Of a DNA stretch of 26,699 nucleotides, positions 1 to 8,860 are shown one piece after another. The stretch is from an uncultured virus (IMG/VR IMGVR_UViG_3300025327_000020) (taxonomy: Duplodnaviria > Heunggongvirae > Uroviricota > Caudoviricetes), in the IMG/VR virus record IMGVR_UViG_3300025327_000020; one strand, 5' to 3'. How positions within the stretch are numbered: the stretch's first letter is position 1; the number at the start of each line of letters is the position of its first letter. The translations under genes and the position numbers were made by a program. A model generated the notes under the pieces. The model had not been told where the DNA came from. It saw only the letters and a program-made list of their open reading frames with translations, and did not search any database.

Positions 1-566
1 AGCCCTCCACCAACGGTACTATTAGTATGGGTGCGCGGTTCAAGGGTGCCTCAGCGACAGACCTGCGTGTATTCGTGGGTTGGGCCGAGACGGTTGCCTT
101 GGCCGAGCCCATTAACCCGTTCACTCTGAGTGGCTCGACTCTGACTTCAAACGATGCTGGTAACGCGGTTGGTTTCTACGCTGACACGGGTGCCACCACG
201 GATGACTTCAGATTCCACTACTCACTGGACGGGGCAGAGGCCACGACCGCTGCCCTCGATTTTGCTCGTGAGGGCTCGACCACGCTTGGTGCCTTGGGTA
301 TCCGCGCTGGTTGCACTATCACTGCAGATTCGTGGTACGTCGCTAAGGTCGAGATTGCTCCTAGCGGTAAGTGCTCTGGCTACTTCGGTGGGCCTGGGAT
401 GGGGAACCAGCTTGGGTTGACCCCTGTTGCCGAACTTAGGGCAGGTACTTTCGACCAGACGGCGCTAGTTTACCCCGTGCTGTATCTCCTGGCGGAATCT
501 ACAGGTGACCCTCTTCTGGAGTGTGACTACTTCTGGGCACGGGGCTTCCGTGAGTGGACTACGTAA
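1..566 (+). CDS. Putative virion structural protein, 5'-truncated by the window edge
   Basis: The frame of ORF 27..566 is open back to position 3. The product is Gly/Ala/Thr-rich and beta-like, and lies in the structural gene block. Confidence 0.6.
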   Translation, partial: PSTNGTISMGARFKGASATDLRVFVGWAETVALAEPINPFTLSGSTLTSNDAGNAVGFYADTGATTDDFRFHYSLDGAEATTAALDFAREGSTTLGALGIRAGCTITADSWYVAKVEIAPSGKCSGYFGGPGMGNQLGLTPVAELRAGTFDQTALVYPVLYLLAESTGDPLLECDYFWARGFREWTT

Positions 567-574
567 CAATTGAA

Positions 575-643
575 TAGCAAGGCTTACGAGGGGTGAGCCT
601 AGTGAAATCACCCCTCACCTATCAAGTGCAGCCTTAGCTGCTA
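575..643 (+). other. Intergenic RNA stem-loop structure
   Basis: Perfect 9-bp stem GAGGGGTGA (588-596)/TCACCCCTC (608-616), enclosed by AAGGCT/AGCCTT and TAGC/GCTA. It ends just before the GGAAAGG RBS of the next gene. Confidence 0.55.
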
Positions 644-658
644 GGAAAGGAAAACGAA

Positions 659-1207
659 ATGGCAACAAGTCCTGTTCATAAGGGATGGTTGCGTGATATT
701 CATAATGGTCGCCTCGCGGCTGTTTACAACGGCACTGAGGTTTTTGACTTTGATGCAAACGATTTGGACGTAGCAGTTGCCGCTATCTTTTCGGCTGATG
801 TTAAATTTGAACTAACCATTACTGCTGGTGCAGATGGTGTTGGTGCAGATGGGGAGCAGCTTACCTCTGGTGGTGCTGCTGCCGAGTGTGATTGGGCCGC
901 TGCCGCCTGCCTCCGTGAATATAAGAATGTTCAGGGGGAACGAACCGATGCACAGGAAGTGCTCTCTCAGATAATTGCAACTCCTGTGTATGACTTCCAG
1001 TACAAGAGTAAGGCTGAGAGTGATGAGCATGTTATCTCTACGGGCGACCTAACCACTACATACACGGGAATCATGGCTGACGAAGCTCCGTGGGCAACAC
1101 ATTACAAGGGGCGGATTCTTAACCCCATCAACACGTTTGGGTACACCGTTTTGGCTATCAAGGCTCTGAACGAGAAGATTGCCAAGCTTGAGACGATGGT
1201 TAGTTAA
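659..1207 (+). CDS. Small fibre/spike protein with C-terminal intramolecular chaperone (Peptidase_S74-like) domain
   Basis: Motifs CLREYKNV...PVYDFQYK...GIMADEAP...LAIKALNEKIAKLE match the S74 chaperone pattern, including the terminal coiled coil. Confidence 0.75.
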   Translation: MATSPVHKGWLRDIHNGRLAAVYNGTEVFDFDANDLDVAVAAIFSADVKFELTITAGADGVGADGEQLTSGGAAAECDWAAAACLREYKNVQGERTDAQEVLSQIIATPVYDFQYKSKAESDEHVISTGDLTTTYTGIMADEAPWATHYKGRILNPINTFGYTVLAIKALNEKIAKLETMVS

Positions 1208-1211
1208 TATC

Positions 1212-1328
1212 ATGAACGTACCTATAGAGTTTCTATTTCAACTATATGGTGAGGCTATGGTCAAAATCCGTCTATTGGAAAATGAAATTCTTAGGTTGTC
1301 CGAGCCAGAGAAAGAAAAGGAAGAATAG
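1212..1328 (+). CDS. Small hypothetical protein (38 aa)
   Basis: ATG1212-TAG1328, MNVPIEFLFQLYGEAMVKIRLLENEILRLSEPEKEKEE. It fills the gap between genes and is below the ORF-track cutoff. Confidence 0.6.
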   Translation: MNVPIEFLFQLYGEAMVKIRLLENEILRLSEPEKEKEE

Positions 1329-1516
1329 TGTTCTTCGAGGTAGCGACAGAGGAGGATGAGGCTCGCCTAGCCGAGATTCTCAAACGTGAAGAGAAACTAC
1401 TCAAAACTAGGCAAAACTTAGATGAAAGGATAAGGGAGAAAAACGGTGGAAGGGCTTACGTTTCCAGCGACCGTAGTGTACGCCGACGAATTGGCATACG
1501 GTCTATCCGAAGTTAA
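1328..1516 (+). CDS. Hypothetical protein (62 aa, charged)
   Basis: GTG start overlaps the previous stop, with AAGGAAG upstream. It overlaps the next gene by about 70 nt. Confidence 0.45.
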   Translation: MFFEVATEEDEARLAEILKREEKLLKTRQNLDERIREKNGGRAYVSSDRSVRRRIGIRSIRS

Positions 1517-1850
1517 CCTCCTCTCTCCTCTGTCGGATGCCATCACGGGAGTGGGGCAGACAATGCGCCGCTACCAAATCATCATAGTAAATCGTAACGA
1601 CCAATTGGCTGAATACCGAGAGGACTTGGGTTTGGCCTCAGACTTCGACGCTATTCAGTTCCGTATTCCCAGCTTTTGGGTACATACAGTGGGAGAGCTA
1701 AAGGAAATGGCTGAAACCCTGCGACTGAACGAGCCAAGTTACTTGCACGAGGCGATACCAGTGCCAGATTCCGAGAAGTTCTGGCGAAGGTACAACGACT
1801 TGAACGAGGGAATTAGGGCATACAGAAAGGGGAAAAAGCACTATGCCTAA
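1446..1850 (+). CDS. Hypothetical phage protein
   Basis: 134-aa ORF with GGGAG RBS and a stop overlapping the next start. Confidence 0.7.
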   Translation: MEGLTFPATVVYADELAYGLSEVNLLSPLSDAITGVGQTMRRYQIIIVNRNDQLAEYREDLGLASDFDAIQFRIPSFWVHTVGELKEMAETLRLNEPSYLHEAIPVPDSEKFWRRYNDLNEGIRAYRKGKKHYA

Positions 1851-2436
1851 GGACAATCAGAACATGGCACCTGACTCCGACGACAACGAGGAAATCATTG
1901 CCTTCCTTCAGGGAGACATGGACAGGGCACAGGAACCAGGGGATATGCCGCCTGGAACTATTGTAGACACAGGAAAGAGTGAGGAAACTCCCTTCCCAAG
2001 TGTGGTGGCGTCTGTTGAGAGTGCGGGGTATGTAACTCTGTACAATCGTCAGACGGGTGACCCCAGTATTATCAACATTAACAACTTGTCACCCAAACTG
2101 AAGCAGCGGTATAACGATGGGCCGTTCACAGGGGAGCTAGTATTCACTCTTCGTGACCCTGGTTTCCGACCTCCGAAGGGTACGGAACTCTGTTGGCTAC
2201 ACGCTGACCATCCCCGTCGGGCTGAGTTTGACAAGTATGGCTTTGCGGTGTGTCCTGCAGGTAGTCTACAGTCGGAATACCAGCGAGACCGACACGCTGA
2301 GAAGAGGCACAACACGGAGTTTGCAATCATTAAGGATATGCTGAGGCGCGAGAAGGACTCACAGCGAGATGACATCGAGGCGCAAGACCGTGAAGAGCGT
2401 CGCAAACTGCTAGAGATTCTAGCGAATAGAGGGTAA
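1843..2436 (+). CDS. Hypothetical phage protein (possible Cys/His metal site)
   Basis: 197-aa ORF with CWLH...VCP...RHAEKRH and tight gene packing. Confidence 0.75.
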   Translation: MPKDNQNMAPDSDDNEEIIAFLQGDMDRAQEPGDMPPGTIVDTGKSEETPFPSVVASVESAGYVTLYNRQTGDPSIININNLSPKLKQRYNDGPFTGELVFTLRDPGFRPPKGTELCWLHADHPRRAEFDKYGFAVCPAGSLQSEYQRDRHAEKRHNTEFAIIKDMLRREKDSQRDDIEAQDREERRKLLEILANRG

Positions 2437-2439
2437 ATT

Positions 2440-2736
2440 ATGGCTCGATTTTCAATGACACCAGGAGATTACCACGCGTATGAAACTGTGACTGTTGCTG
2501 GAACAGCAGTGGAGTTAACGGACGCTACTAAACTTAATGCCACTTTTGCTACAATTACTGTTGAGACCGCACAGATAAGGTTCACATTAGACGGAACTAC
2601 ACCCACTGCTACTGTGGGGCACTTGCTAGAGCCTGGGGACGTTCTCACTCTCGACAGTGCTGAACAGATTACACAAGCACAATTCATCCGTGTGGGTGCG
2701 ACTAGTGGCACAATTCAAGTGAGTTACGGGAACTAG
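2440..2736 (+). CDS. Small beta-rich virion protein
   Basis: 98 aa, Thr/Ala/Val-rich, with an IRFTLDGTTP motif and GAGGG RBS. Confidence 0.7.
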   Translation: MARFSMTPGDYHAYETVTVAGTAVELTDATKLNATFATITVETAQIRFTLDGTTPTATVGHLLEPGDVLTLDSAEQITQAQFIRVGATSGTIQVSYGN

Positions 2737-2738
2737 CG

Positions 2739-3179
2739 ATGAAGATAGAACGTTCAGCACCAGGAGCCCCAACTTACGTAGCCCGTGGAAACTGGAACTT
2801 TACAGATGACACTGGTGCTACTGGAGCATATACTATTTTCACCGTCACTGGAGATGTATTAATCCAGACCTTTGGTATCTGTAATGTCAGCCTAACTGGG
2901 GCAACAGCTACAATTCAACTTGGTGTCTCTGGTGACACAGCGGCATTTGTAGCCCTAACTACTGGAACAGACTTGCTTGCTGATGAGGTGTGGATAGACG
3001 CTACTCCCACTCTGACGAAGGAGATACTAGACCCAGCTGCAATACCCAGAACATGGATTGTGGCTAATGGCCAAGATGTAATACTCACCATTGCTACAGC
3101 TGCTCTAACGGCTGGTGATATAGACTTCTACGCTCGCTGGAGTCCTCTTTCTGCAGATGGTATGGTGGTTGGTGGATAA
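2739..3179 (+). CDS. Putative virion structural protein
   Basis: 146 aa, Thr/Ala/Gly-rich beta protein. TAATG coupling to the next gene. Confidence 0.7.
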   Translation: MKIERSAPGAPTYVARGNWNFTDDTGATGAYTIFTVTGDVLIQTFGICNVSLTGATATIQLGVSGDTAAFVALTTGTDLLADEVWIDATPTLTKEILDPAAIPRTWIVANGQDVILTIATAALTAGDIDFYARWSPLSADGMVVGG

Positions 3180-3475
3180 TGGCGTGGGTAGTTGATGAAG
3201 ACACAAGCTTTGTTGTAGGTGATAGTCCTCACGTTATAACAATCAACGCGGACTCCACTCTGCACAAGTACCCCCCTGTCAAGGGCTACATTGCCTGCGA
3301 TGGGACAGGCAACATACTCATAGAAATGGCCAGATTTGGCACTGGTTATGAAGACCAATTCACCTTAAAGACTGCTGAGGTAGTGGAGTTTGAGGGAGAA
3401 ATTGGACTAGTACGAATCACCTACTCAGGAACAGACTCAGCTTATCGCTGTGTGGTTCAAACACTAATCAATTAG
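3179..3475 (+). CDS. Putative virion structural protein
   Basis: 98-aa ORF translationally coupled to the previous gene. Confidence 0.65.
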   Translation: MAWVVDEDTSFVVGDSPHVITINADSTLHKYPPVKGYIACDGTGNILIEMARFGTGYEDQFTLKTAEVVEFEGEIGLVRITYSGTDSAYRCVVQTLIN

Positions 3476-3479
3476 GGAC

Positions 3480-3508
3480 TTGACAAACTAGTGAAAATGT
3501 GTTATAAT
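3480..3508 (+). promoter_or_regulatory. sigma70-type promoter
   Basis: TTGACA (3480-3485), 17-nt spacer, TATAAT (3503-3508), with a TG extended -10. Confidence 0.9.
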
Positions 3509-3537
3509 AAAGCTGTATACGGCGGGGGTCTTTATAG

Positions 3538-4818
3538 ATGAGACTCAAGAAACTTCCATCTTACTTCGCCACGTCAGGACATACCCACTCTATCTATGTC
3601 TTGACTGCTGACCACGGGGGCACTACTCCGTCTGGGCACCACTCCAACACCAACGATGTTACCGCTGCTGCTGTCCTCGCCGACACCGCGCTGGTTCGCG
3701 GCTCAGGTGGGGCTAGGGGTGTTCAGGATTCCCTTGTCCTTTGCGATGCCGGAGGTAACGTTACGGGGGTCGGTCAGCTTACAGCAGTCAGTTTCGCCAC
3801 CACACCTACGTCACCGACTAAGTTCATAGGTACTTATTCTGGGTCAGATACACCCAGCTTGGCCCCATTTTTCGTTCTCCGTAGGGCCAGAGACGGCACC
3901 CCAACTTACATTGTAACAGCGGGCGACTACCTGGGAGGGTTTCAGTGGGCTGGAGGCGCTACTGAAGTCCCTGCCTACGGGACGGGGGCGGCGCTGTACG
4001 CCATAGCGACTGAAGCGTTTGGTGTTCTTAATTACGGCACCAAACTTGAGTTCTGGGTCTGTCCTAACGGCTCGCCGACAGCGGCGGTGAAGATGCGGCT
4101 AGACCAGGACGGCAAACTGTACGCGCTCGGCGGCCTGGATGTGACGGGGAACATTGTTGTCTCCGGTAACGTAGATGGGGTGGACGTAGGAGCGCACGAC
4201 GTTGCGACAACTGGAGTCCATGGTGCGGGGGCGAATACGCTCTTGCACTCGGCCTCGGCTGCGGGGGGAGACGCTACGGGAACACTAGGGGCGTTGGTTA
4301 TCGCTGATGATAGTCACGGGCACACAAGTACCACCGTAACGACACACAGTACGGCCCACGCTAATGACCACACCCGCTCCCACGACCTCGAAGGCGCGTC
4401 CGACCACACCACATCTTCAGGCGTGGACGGCCACTTCATGCGGCAGACTGGGGTGACAACCTATGCCTTTGAGGCAGACTACTACACCATCAACTTCATC
4501 ATCAATGGCGGCGGCGCGGCTATCACAACTGGAGTCAAGGGCTGGGCTGAGGTTCCTGGGCCTGGGGTACTGGAAGAGTGGCGCATCCTGCTATCGGCTG
4601 CCGAGAACATCACCGTGGACATTGACTATGACACCTACGCGAACTTCCCCACGGTGGGGAACAATTTAGTAGCGCCGTCCACAACGGGTGTGCAGAAAAA
4701 CGAAGCCACGGGGCTTTCCGCCGCGATACCCGACAAGAGCATCCTCGAATTTGATGTGACGGGCGCTCCTGCCACAGCACAGATGTGTACCGTAGCACTT
4801 AGAATAAGGAAGACATGA
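3538..4818 (+). CDS. Tail fibre-like protein
   Basis: 426 aa, Gly/Ala/Thr-rich with His-rich segments (GHTH, DSHGH) and fibre-like motifs (KLEFWVCPNG...KMRLDQDG; GLDVTGNIVVSGNVDGVD). Confidence 0.7.
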   Translation: MRLKKLPSYFATSGHTHSIYVLTADHGGTTPSGHHSNTNDVTAAAVLADTALVRGSGGARGVQDSLVLCDAGGNVTGVGQLTAVSFATTPTSPTKFIGTYSGSDTPSLAPFFVLRRARDGTPTYIVTAGDYLGGFQWAGGATEVPAYGTGAALYAIATEAFGVLNYGTKLEFWVCPNGSPTAAVKMRLDQDGKLYALGGLDVTGNIVVSGNVDGVDVGAHDVATTGVHGAGANTLLHSASAAGGDATGTLGALVIADDSHGHTSTTVTTHSTAHANDHTRSHDLEGASDHTTSSGVDGHFMRQTGVTTYAFEADYYTINFIINGGGAAITTGVKGWAEVPGPGVLEEWRILLSAAENITVDIDYDTYANFPTVGNNLVAPSTTGVQKNEATGLSAAIPDKSILEFDVTGAPATAQMCTVALRIRKT

Positions 4819-5600
4819 GAGTAGTTCTCACTAACCAAGACTTGACCGGCCAGGTACTTGACGCCTCCACACGACCGGACGGTCATGCCCGCGAGTCTCT
4901 GGTTCGGGGTTGCACGTTCGACCTCGGCACTCGTTTTGTGGGGGACATTCGCGGTACGGACTTCATAGGCAACACCGGCCCTGCTGATTGGCGAGCCGCC
5001 CAGACCTATAGTTGTTACTGGCGGGGCAATCAGAACCTCTCCGGCTCTCTGTGGCCCGCCGACATCGGGTCTCTACACCACGAGCCCGTGGGCACCATCA
5101 TCAGAGACAGGGTGGCCCTAGTCGCTGCTACTGCCAGGCCCAAGGTCATAGCCGTTGCTAGCTACGTGTTGGGGGGCGATTATGCCAGAGCCTCCTGGGA
5201 CACCTCCAAGACCTACTGGTGGGACGGGCTTACGGTCACGCAGAGGGAGAAACTGGCAGCAGCCTTCCGTCTGGTGTTCCAACCTTACCCTGGGTTGGCC
5301 GAGCGGTTTGAGGAGTTGGTCAAGGCACTCAAGGAGGGGACACCGCTATTCCAGGGCGCGCCCCTGGCGACGGACGTGTCGTGGCCGGACGGAGCTAGCA
5401 TTCATCTGGACGCTATGAACCTACCCGCTCTACCTGAGCCCAGCCGCTATGCGCTGGCCCGCTGGCTGGAGGCCCAAGCTGACTTGCAACAGCCCGCCCC
5501 CCATCACTGTTTTGTCTACTCTGCTCTACCTCCAATCGTGCGGCCCCTACCCCAACCTGATGACTGGCTGAACCCAGGCTGGCATTGGCGGGGGTACTAG
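4815..5600 (+). CDS. Hypothetical protein in the tail-fibre cassette
   Basis: 261-aa ORF with ATGA overlap to the upstream gene and AAGGAAG RBS. Confidence 0.7.
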   Translation: MRVVLTNQDLTGQVLDASTRPDGHARESLVRGCTFDLGTRFVGDIRGTDFIGNTGPADWRAAQTYSCYWRGNQNLSGSLWPADIGSLHHEPVGTIIRDRVALVAATARPKVIAVASYVLGGDYARASWDTSKTYWWDGLTVTQREKLAAAFRLVFQPYPGLAERFEELVKALKEGTPLFQGAPLATDVSWPDGASIHLDAMNLPALPEPSRYALARWLEAQADLQQPAPHHCFVYSALPPIVRPLPQPDDWLNPGWHWRGY

Positions 5601-5601
5601 G

Positions 5602-6978
5602 ATGAGCCGTAGCTGGCTACACGTAGGGGGCGGCTGGGAGCATGGCCCCATCCGCTATCTCTATTCCGCCAATGACACGCAGACAAAGACGTTCATCACA
5701 GGCCCCAACTGGAACGTAGGGGGGTCTGGCCCTCCCGCTCCTGAGAAGTCCACTAAGCGCAGTGGCTACTTCGCTCATCGGATGCTCGGCGGCGGTTTCT
5801 CGTCTGGCATTGACGCCCGCTGTGGCCATGTGTTCGCCCGCACCAAGGACTGGTTATTCTGGGTTGTCCCCGTGGCCATCATCGGCTTTGACACACCCCC
5901 AACTGTCGGCAATGATTACCTTGCTGCCCGTTGTACTGAGCATTGGGCACCGGCCACTGGGGACAAATACCTGGGTGTAGGTGTCGCTATCGTCTCGGCT
6001 GGCCCGCCCGCCACCTTCCAATTCACCATCCAGCGTTTCACCAACACTGGTGCCTTCGATGTTAAACTGGGCGGCAACAGTGCTACCTTCACAGCCGGGA
6101 CGACGGTACGCTATATCGTCCTGGCCCTGAACACAGCGGGCGGGACAGACAACTGCAAGCTATGGGTGGACGGGACGGCGGGAGCGGCTGTTACCTCCGG
6201 CACTGTTCGCACCTCTGGCCATCTCCTGCCTGACTCCCGAAAGGTTGCGGGCGCTAAGGGTGCTGATACTGGTATGCAAGTGGTGGCCGATGACTGGTGC
6301 AGCGCCGAGGGAGACGCTGAGGCCGACCGCCCAGGGCTGAATCTACGGACGATATGTTACCAGGCCCGCAAGAACGTCACGGGCGAGAACGCCTGGACGG
6401 GCTCGCACCTGGACGTGGATGACGAGAAGGACGCAGGCGTGGGGGATGCCAACACCGACACCAACGTTTGCACCCCTGGGGCCGCCGACCAGCTTGAGAT
6501 ATTCGGCTTTCCCGACCTGGTGGACGAGGCTGGACAGACAGCCACGGTGGAGGCCGTGCTGCTGTGCTGGGAGCAGGTCATATCGACCTTTAGGGGTGAA
6601 GGTTTTGCTCCTGCCTATGAGGGCCACTACCCCCACGCCCGCACTACCAGCAGCAGCCTGACCGACCTCAGCGGCGATTACGGTAGCGGCTATAATGCCA
6701 ATGGCACGCCTTCGCGGCTTTGGTTCTCCCGTCTGATGCGTACCACGCCGGAGGGCTCCGCCTGGACGCCGACCCTGTTCAACGCCCTCCAGGCTGGTCT
6801 GAAGTCGCGGAACACCGAGGAGATGGGGGAGTTCTATGCCATCCCCATTGGGGACTATATCGATGCTCCTGCCGATACGCCAACCCCACCTGGAGACCCT
6901 CTTTGGGAAGACCCACCGGCTGCGGCTGCGGTCAGTCTAGCCATCCCGCGTCGGATTAATACACTACTGAGAATGTAA
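5602..6978 (+). CDS. Putative virion/receptor-binding protein (possible lectin/LamG-like beta-sandwich)
   Basis: 458 aa, Gly/Thr/Ala/Trp-rich. YIVLAL...CKLWVDG...VVADDW resembles a LamG-like pattern (inference). Confidence 0.6.
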   Translation: MSRSWLHVGGGWEHGPIRYLYSANDTQTKTFITGPNWNVGGSGPPAPEKSTKRSGYFAHRMLGGGFSSGIDARCGHVFARTKDWLFWVVPVAIIGFDTPPTVGNDYLAARCTEHWAPATGDKYLGVGVAIVSAGPPATFQFTIQRFTNTGAFDVKLGGNSATFTAGTTVRYIVLALNTAGGTDNCKLWVDGTAGAAVTSGTVRTSGHLLPDSRKVAGAKGADTGMQVVADDWCSAEGDAEADRPGLNLRTICYQARKNVTGENAWTGSHLDVDDEKDAGVGDANTDTNVCTPGAADQLEIFGFPDLVDEAGQTATVEAVLLCWEQVISTFRGEGFAPAYEGHYPHARTTSSSLTDLSGDYGSGYNANGTPSRLWFSRLMRTTPEGSAWTPTLFNALQAGLKSRNTEEMGEFYAIPIGDYIDAPADTPTPPGDPLWEDPPAAAAVSLAIPRRINTLLRM

Positions 6979-6989
6979 AGGAGGAAATT

Positions 6990-7472
6990 ATGGGACGGAT
7001 GTACGTATGTGAGTTCGCGGACGTATCAGTTACGGCGGCGGATGGGAACGTGGACTTCTGGGAGTTGAAGCCCGCGACCAACAAACCCATCCGCATTCAT
7101 GCGGGCTATGTAGGGCAGACGACACTCGACCAGGACGCCAATGAGCAGATGTTAACGATACAGATTCTCCGGCTTCCTGCCACAGTAACCGACGCCACTG
7201 GTGGGACAACGGCAGTGATAAGCCCACTCGACACCAACGATACCGCCGCCGGTGTATCAGGGGTTACGGTGGCCGATGTGGTAGCGACATCAAGTGGAAC
7301 TATCATTGACATCCACTCTGAGACATTCAACAACCGCTCAGGCTGGGTTTATCTACCGACGCCAGAGATGCGAGTCCGTGCCCTTGCGGGTGAGGCGATT
7401 TGCGTCAGGCTCACCACCGCTGTCGCTGCCACGACCACGTTCTCAGGCACGGTCTACATAGAGGAGTTGTAA
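6990..7472 (+). CDS. Putative virion structural protein
   Basis: 160-aa Thr/Ala-rich beta protein with a strong AAGGAGG RBS. Confidence 0.75.
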   Translation: MGRMYVCEFADVSVTAADGNVDFWELKPATNKPIRIHAGYVGQTTLDQDANEQMLTIQILRLPATVTDATGGTTAVISPLDTNDTAAGVSGVTVADVVATSSGTIIDIHSETFNNRSGWVYLPTPEMRVRALAGEAICVRLTTAVAATTTFSGTVYIEEL

Positions 7473-7582
7473 TGCACGTCTATCGCCGCCCCCACTTCTA
7501 CCGAGCGCGGAGATTATGGATTGGCACCGTCACCGCTGCCCCGCCTGCGGGCTTTCCGTACTCGCAGGTAATCATATGCTAG
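7472..7582 (+). CDS. Small hypothetical protein (36 aa)
   Basis: TAATG coupling and GAGGAG RBS. MHVYRRPHFYRARRLWIGTVTAAPPAGFPYSQVIIC. Confidence 0.55.
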   Translation: MHVYRRPHFYRARRLWIGTVTAAPPAGFPYSQVIIC

Positions 7583-7592
7583 GGAGAGGATT

Positions 7593-7817
7593 GTGGACAT
7601 TAACATACTACAAAATTTAGAGAATATTACTCAGGCTCAGGCGGAACTGATAGAGCGATTGACCTCTAAGAGTATCTTTGGTTTCTTCCAGCGTAGACGA
7701 GTTCGGAAGATGTTACAAGGCAAACAACTGGTACGTAGATTACGGGAGGATGAATTACGCGCCCATGTCCTCCGTCTCAAAAAGGAGTTGGCAGAGATGA
7801 GAGTAGAGAGAGCATGA
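7593..7817 (+). CDS. Hypothetical basic helical protein
   Basis: 74 aa, GGAGAGG RBS, ATGA overlap with the next gene. Confidence 0.65.
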   Translation: MDINILQNLENITQAQAELIERLTSKSIFGFFQRRRVRKMLQGKQLVRRLREDELRAHVLRLKKELAEMRVERA

Positions 7818-8029
7818 ATGTAGAGATAATCACCGCATTGGGTGCAATCCCTGTAGGTATCGTAGGGATGTACTTGATGTACAGGATTGTTGGAAATCAT
7901 CTCGACCATAATACTGAGGTTCTCGATAAGCTTACTAAGTCTATTGACCGAAGCACTGAAGTCAGTAACGTATTCTTTGCATGGTTGAAGGGTAGACTGG
8001 ACGTGGGGCGTGCCAGAGAAGATAACTAA
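7814..8029 (+). CDS. Holin-like membrane protein (BhlA-like layout)
   Basis: 71 aa with one N-terminal hydrophobic segment (IITALGAIPVGIVGMYLMY) followed by a coiled-coil-like tail. Confidence 0.5.
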   Translation: MNVEIITALGAIPVGIVGMYLMYRIVGNHLDHNTEVLDKLTKSIDRSTEVSNVFFAWLKGRLDVGRAREDN

Positions 8030-8171
8030 AGTCAAGGGAGGATACAGAGTCAGCACCCCGCATGGAGTGAAGGCTAAGAAGACTAGCAAGAAAAAGGCCA
8101 AGTCTCAAGCACGTTTGCTCCGAGCAGTTGAGCACGGATGGAAGCCCACGGGAAAGAAAGCCAAGAAGTAA
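8010..8171 (+). CDS. Small Lys-rich protein (53 aa)
   Basis: GTG8010-TAA8171, MPEKITKVKGGYRVSTPHGVKAKKTSKKKAKSQARLLRAVEHGWKPTGKKAKK. TAATG coupling to the next gene. Not in the ORF track. Confidence 0.7.
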   Translation: MPEKITKVKGGYRVSTPHGVKAKKTSKKKAKSQARLLRAVEHGWKPTGKKAKK

Positions 8172-8464
8172 TGATAGAAGCAGTGCGAAGATTCTACAGA
8201 TTCTTTTGGATTCACACATCTGGTCGCCCCTGGACATACGAAATTCGTGACTGGACAGAGAGACATCGAATATGGGGCGCTCTAATAACAGGTGGTGTTA
8301 CGACTGCCTTCTTTACTGGACAGATGCTACTAACTATATACTTCGGGTATTGGTCTATACCATTCATGGTGTGGGCTGACTTCATGGCGTTTGTTGCGGG
8401 TCATTTATTTTGGGACAGCGAAGGTACGTACATTCAACTTAAGGAGAAATTTCGTAATGGCTAA
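8171..8464 (+). CDS. Membrane protein with two hydrophobic segments (97 aa)
   Basis: Likely start is ATG8171, coupled to the previous TAA. Hydrophobic stretches IWGALITGGVTTAFF...LLTIYFGY and SIPFMVWADFMAFVAG. Confidence 0.7.
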   Translation: MIEAVRRFYRFFWIHTSGRPWTYEIRDWTERHRIWGALITGGVTTAFFTGQMLLTIYFGYWSIPFMVWADFMAFVAGHLFWDSEGTYIQLKEKFRNG

Positions 8465-8858
8465 GTCTAGAACACCACTGACAGTTCCTCAGATGACTCC
8501 AGTTGAATGCGCTTGGTTAGGGGCCTTTCTAGAGGCTGATGGGAATGCTAATGTTTATCATAATAGGGGAGGCTCAAAGAACACAACAAGCTTGGTTCTT
8601 AGGATAAGCCAATCTATCGTGAACCCAGAGCCTATTTCAGCGGCTTTACGATGTACTAACGCTGGTTCGGTATCTGTTTCTAACATTCAGTATAACTCCG
8701 AGATACGTCCAGTTCTCCAATGGCAGGTTGATAGTAGATTGAATGCAGTCTGTTTGGCAAAACAACTAGCTCCCTACTCACCTAAAGTTAAAGATGCCTT
8801 AGATAAATGGTTAGCTTGGGACACCGACGGCGCCTACATTCACATGAAAGGGACATAG
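8457..8858 (+). CDS. Free-standing LAGLIDADG homing endonuclease-like protein
   Basis: Motif AWLGAFLEADG, then LRISQS and LQWQV. AAGGAG RBS precedes ATG8457. Confidence 0.8.
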   Translation: MAKSRTPLTVPQMTPVECAWLGAFLEADGNANVYHNRGGSKNTTSLVLRISQSIVNPEPISAALRCTNAGSVSVSNIQYNSEIRPVLQWQVDSRLNAVCLAKQLAPYSPKVKDALDKWLAWDTDGAYIHMKGT

Positions 8859-8860
8859 TA

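Noticed and set aside
826..852. Short tandem repeat TGGTGCAGATGG x2
   Set aside because: It simply encodes GADG-V-GADG and has only two copies.
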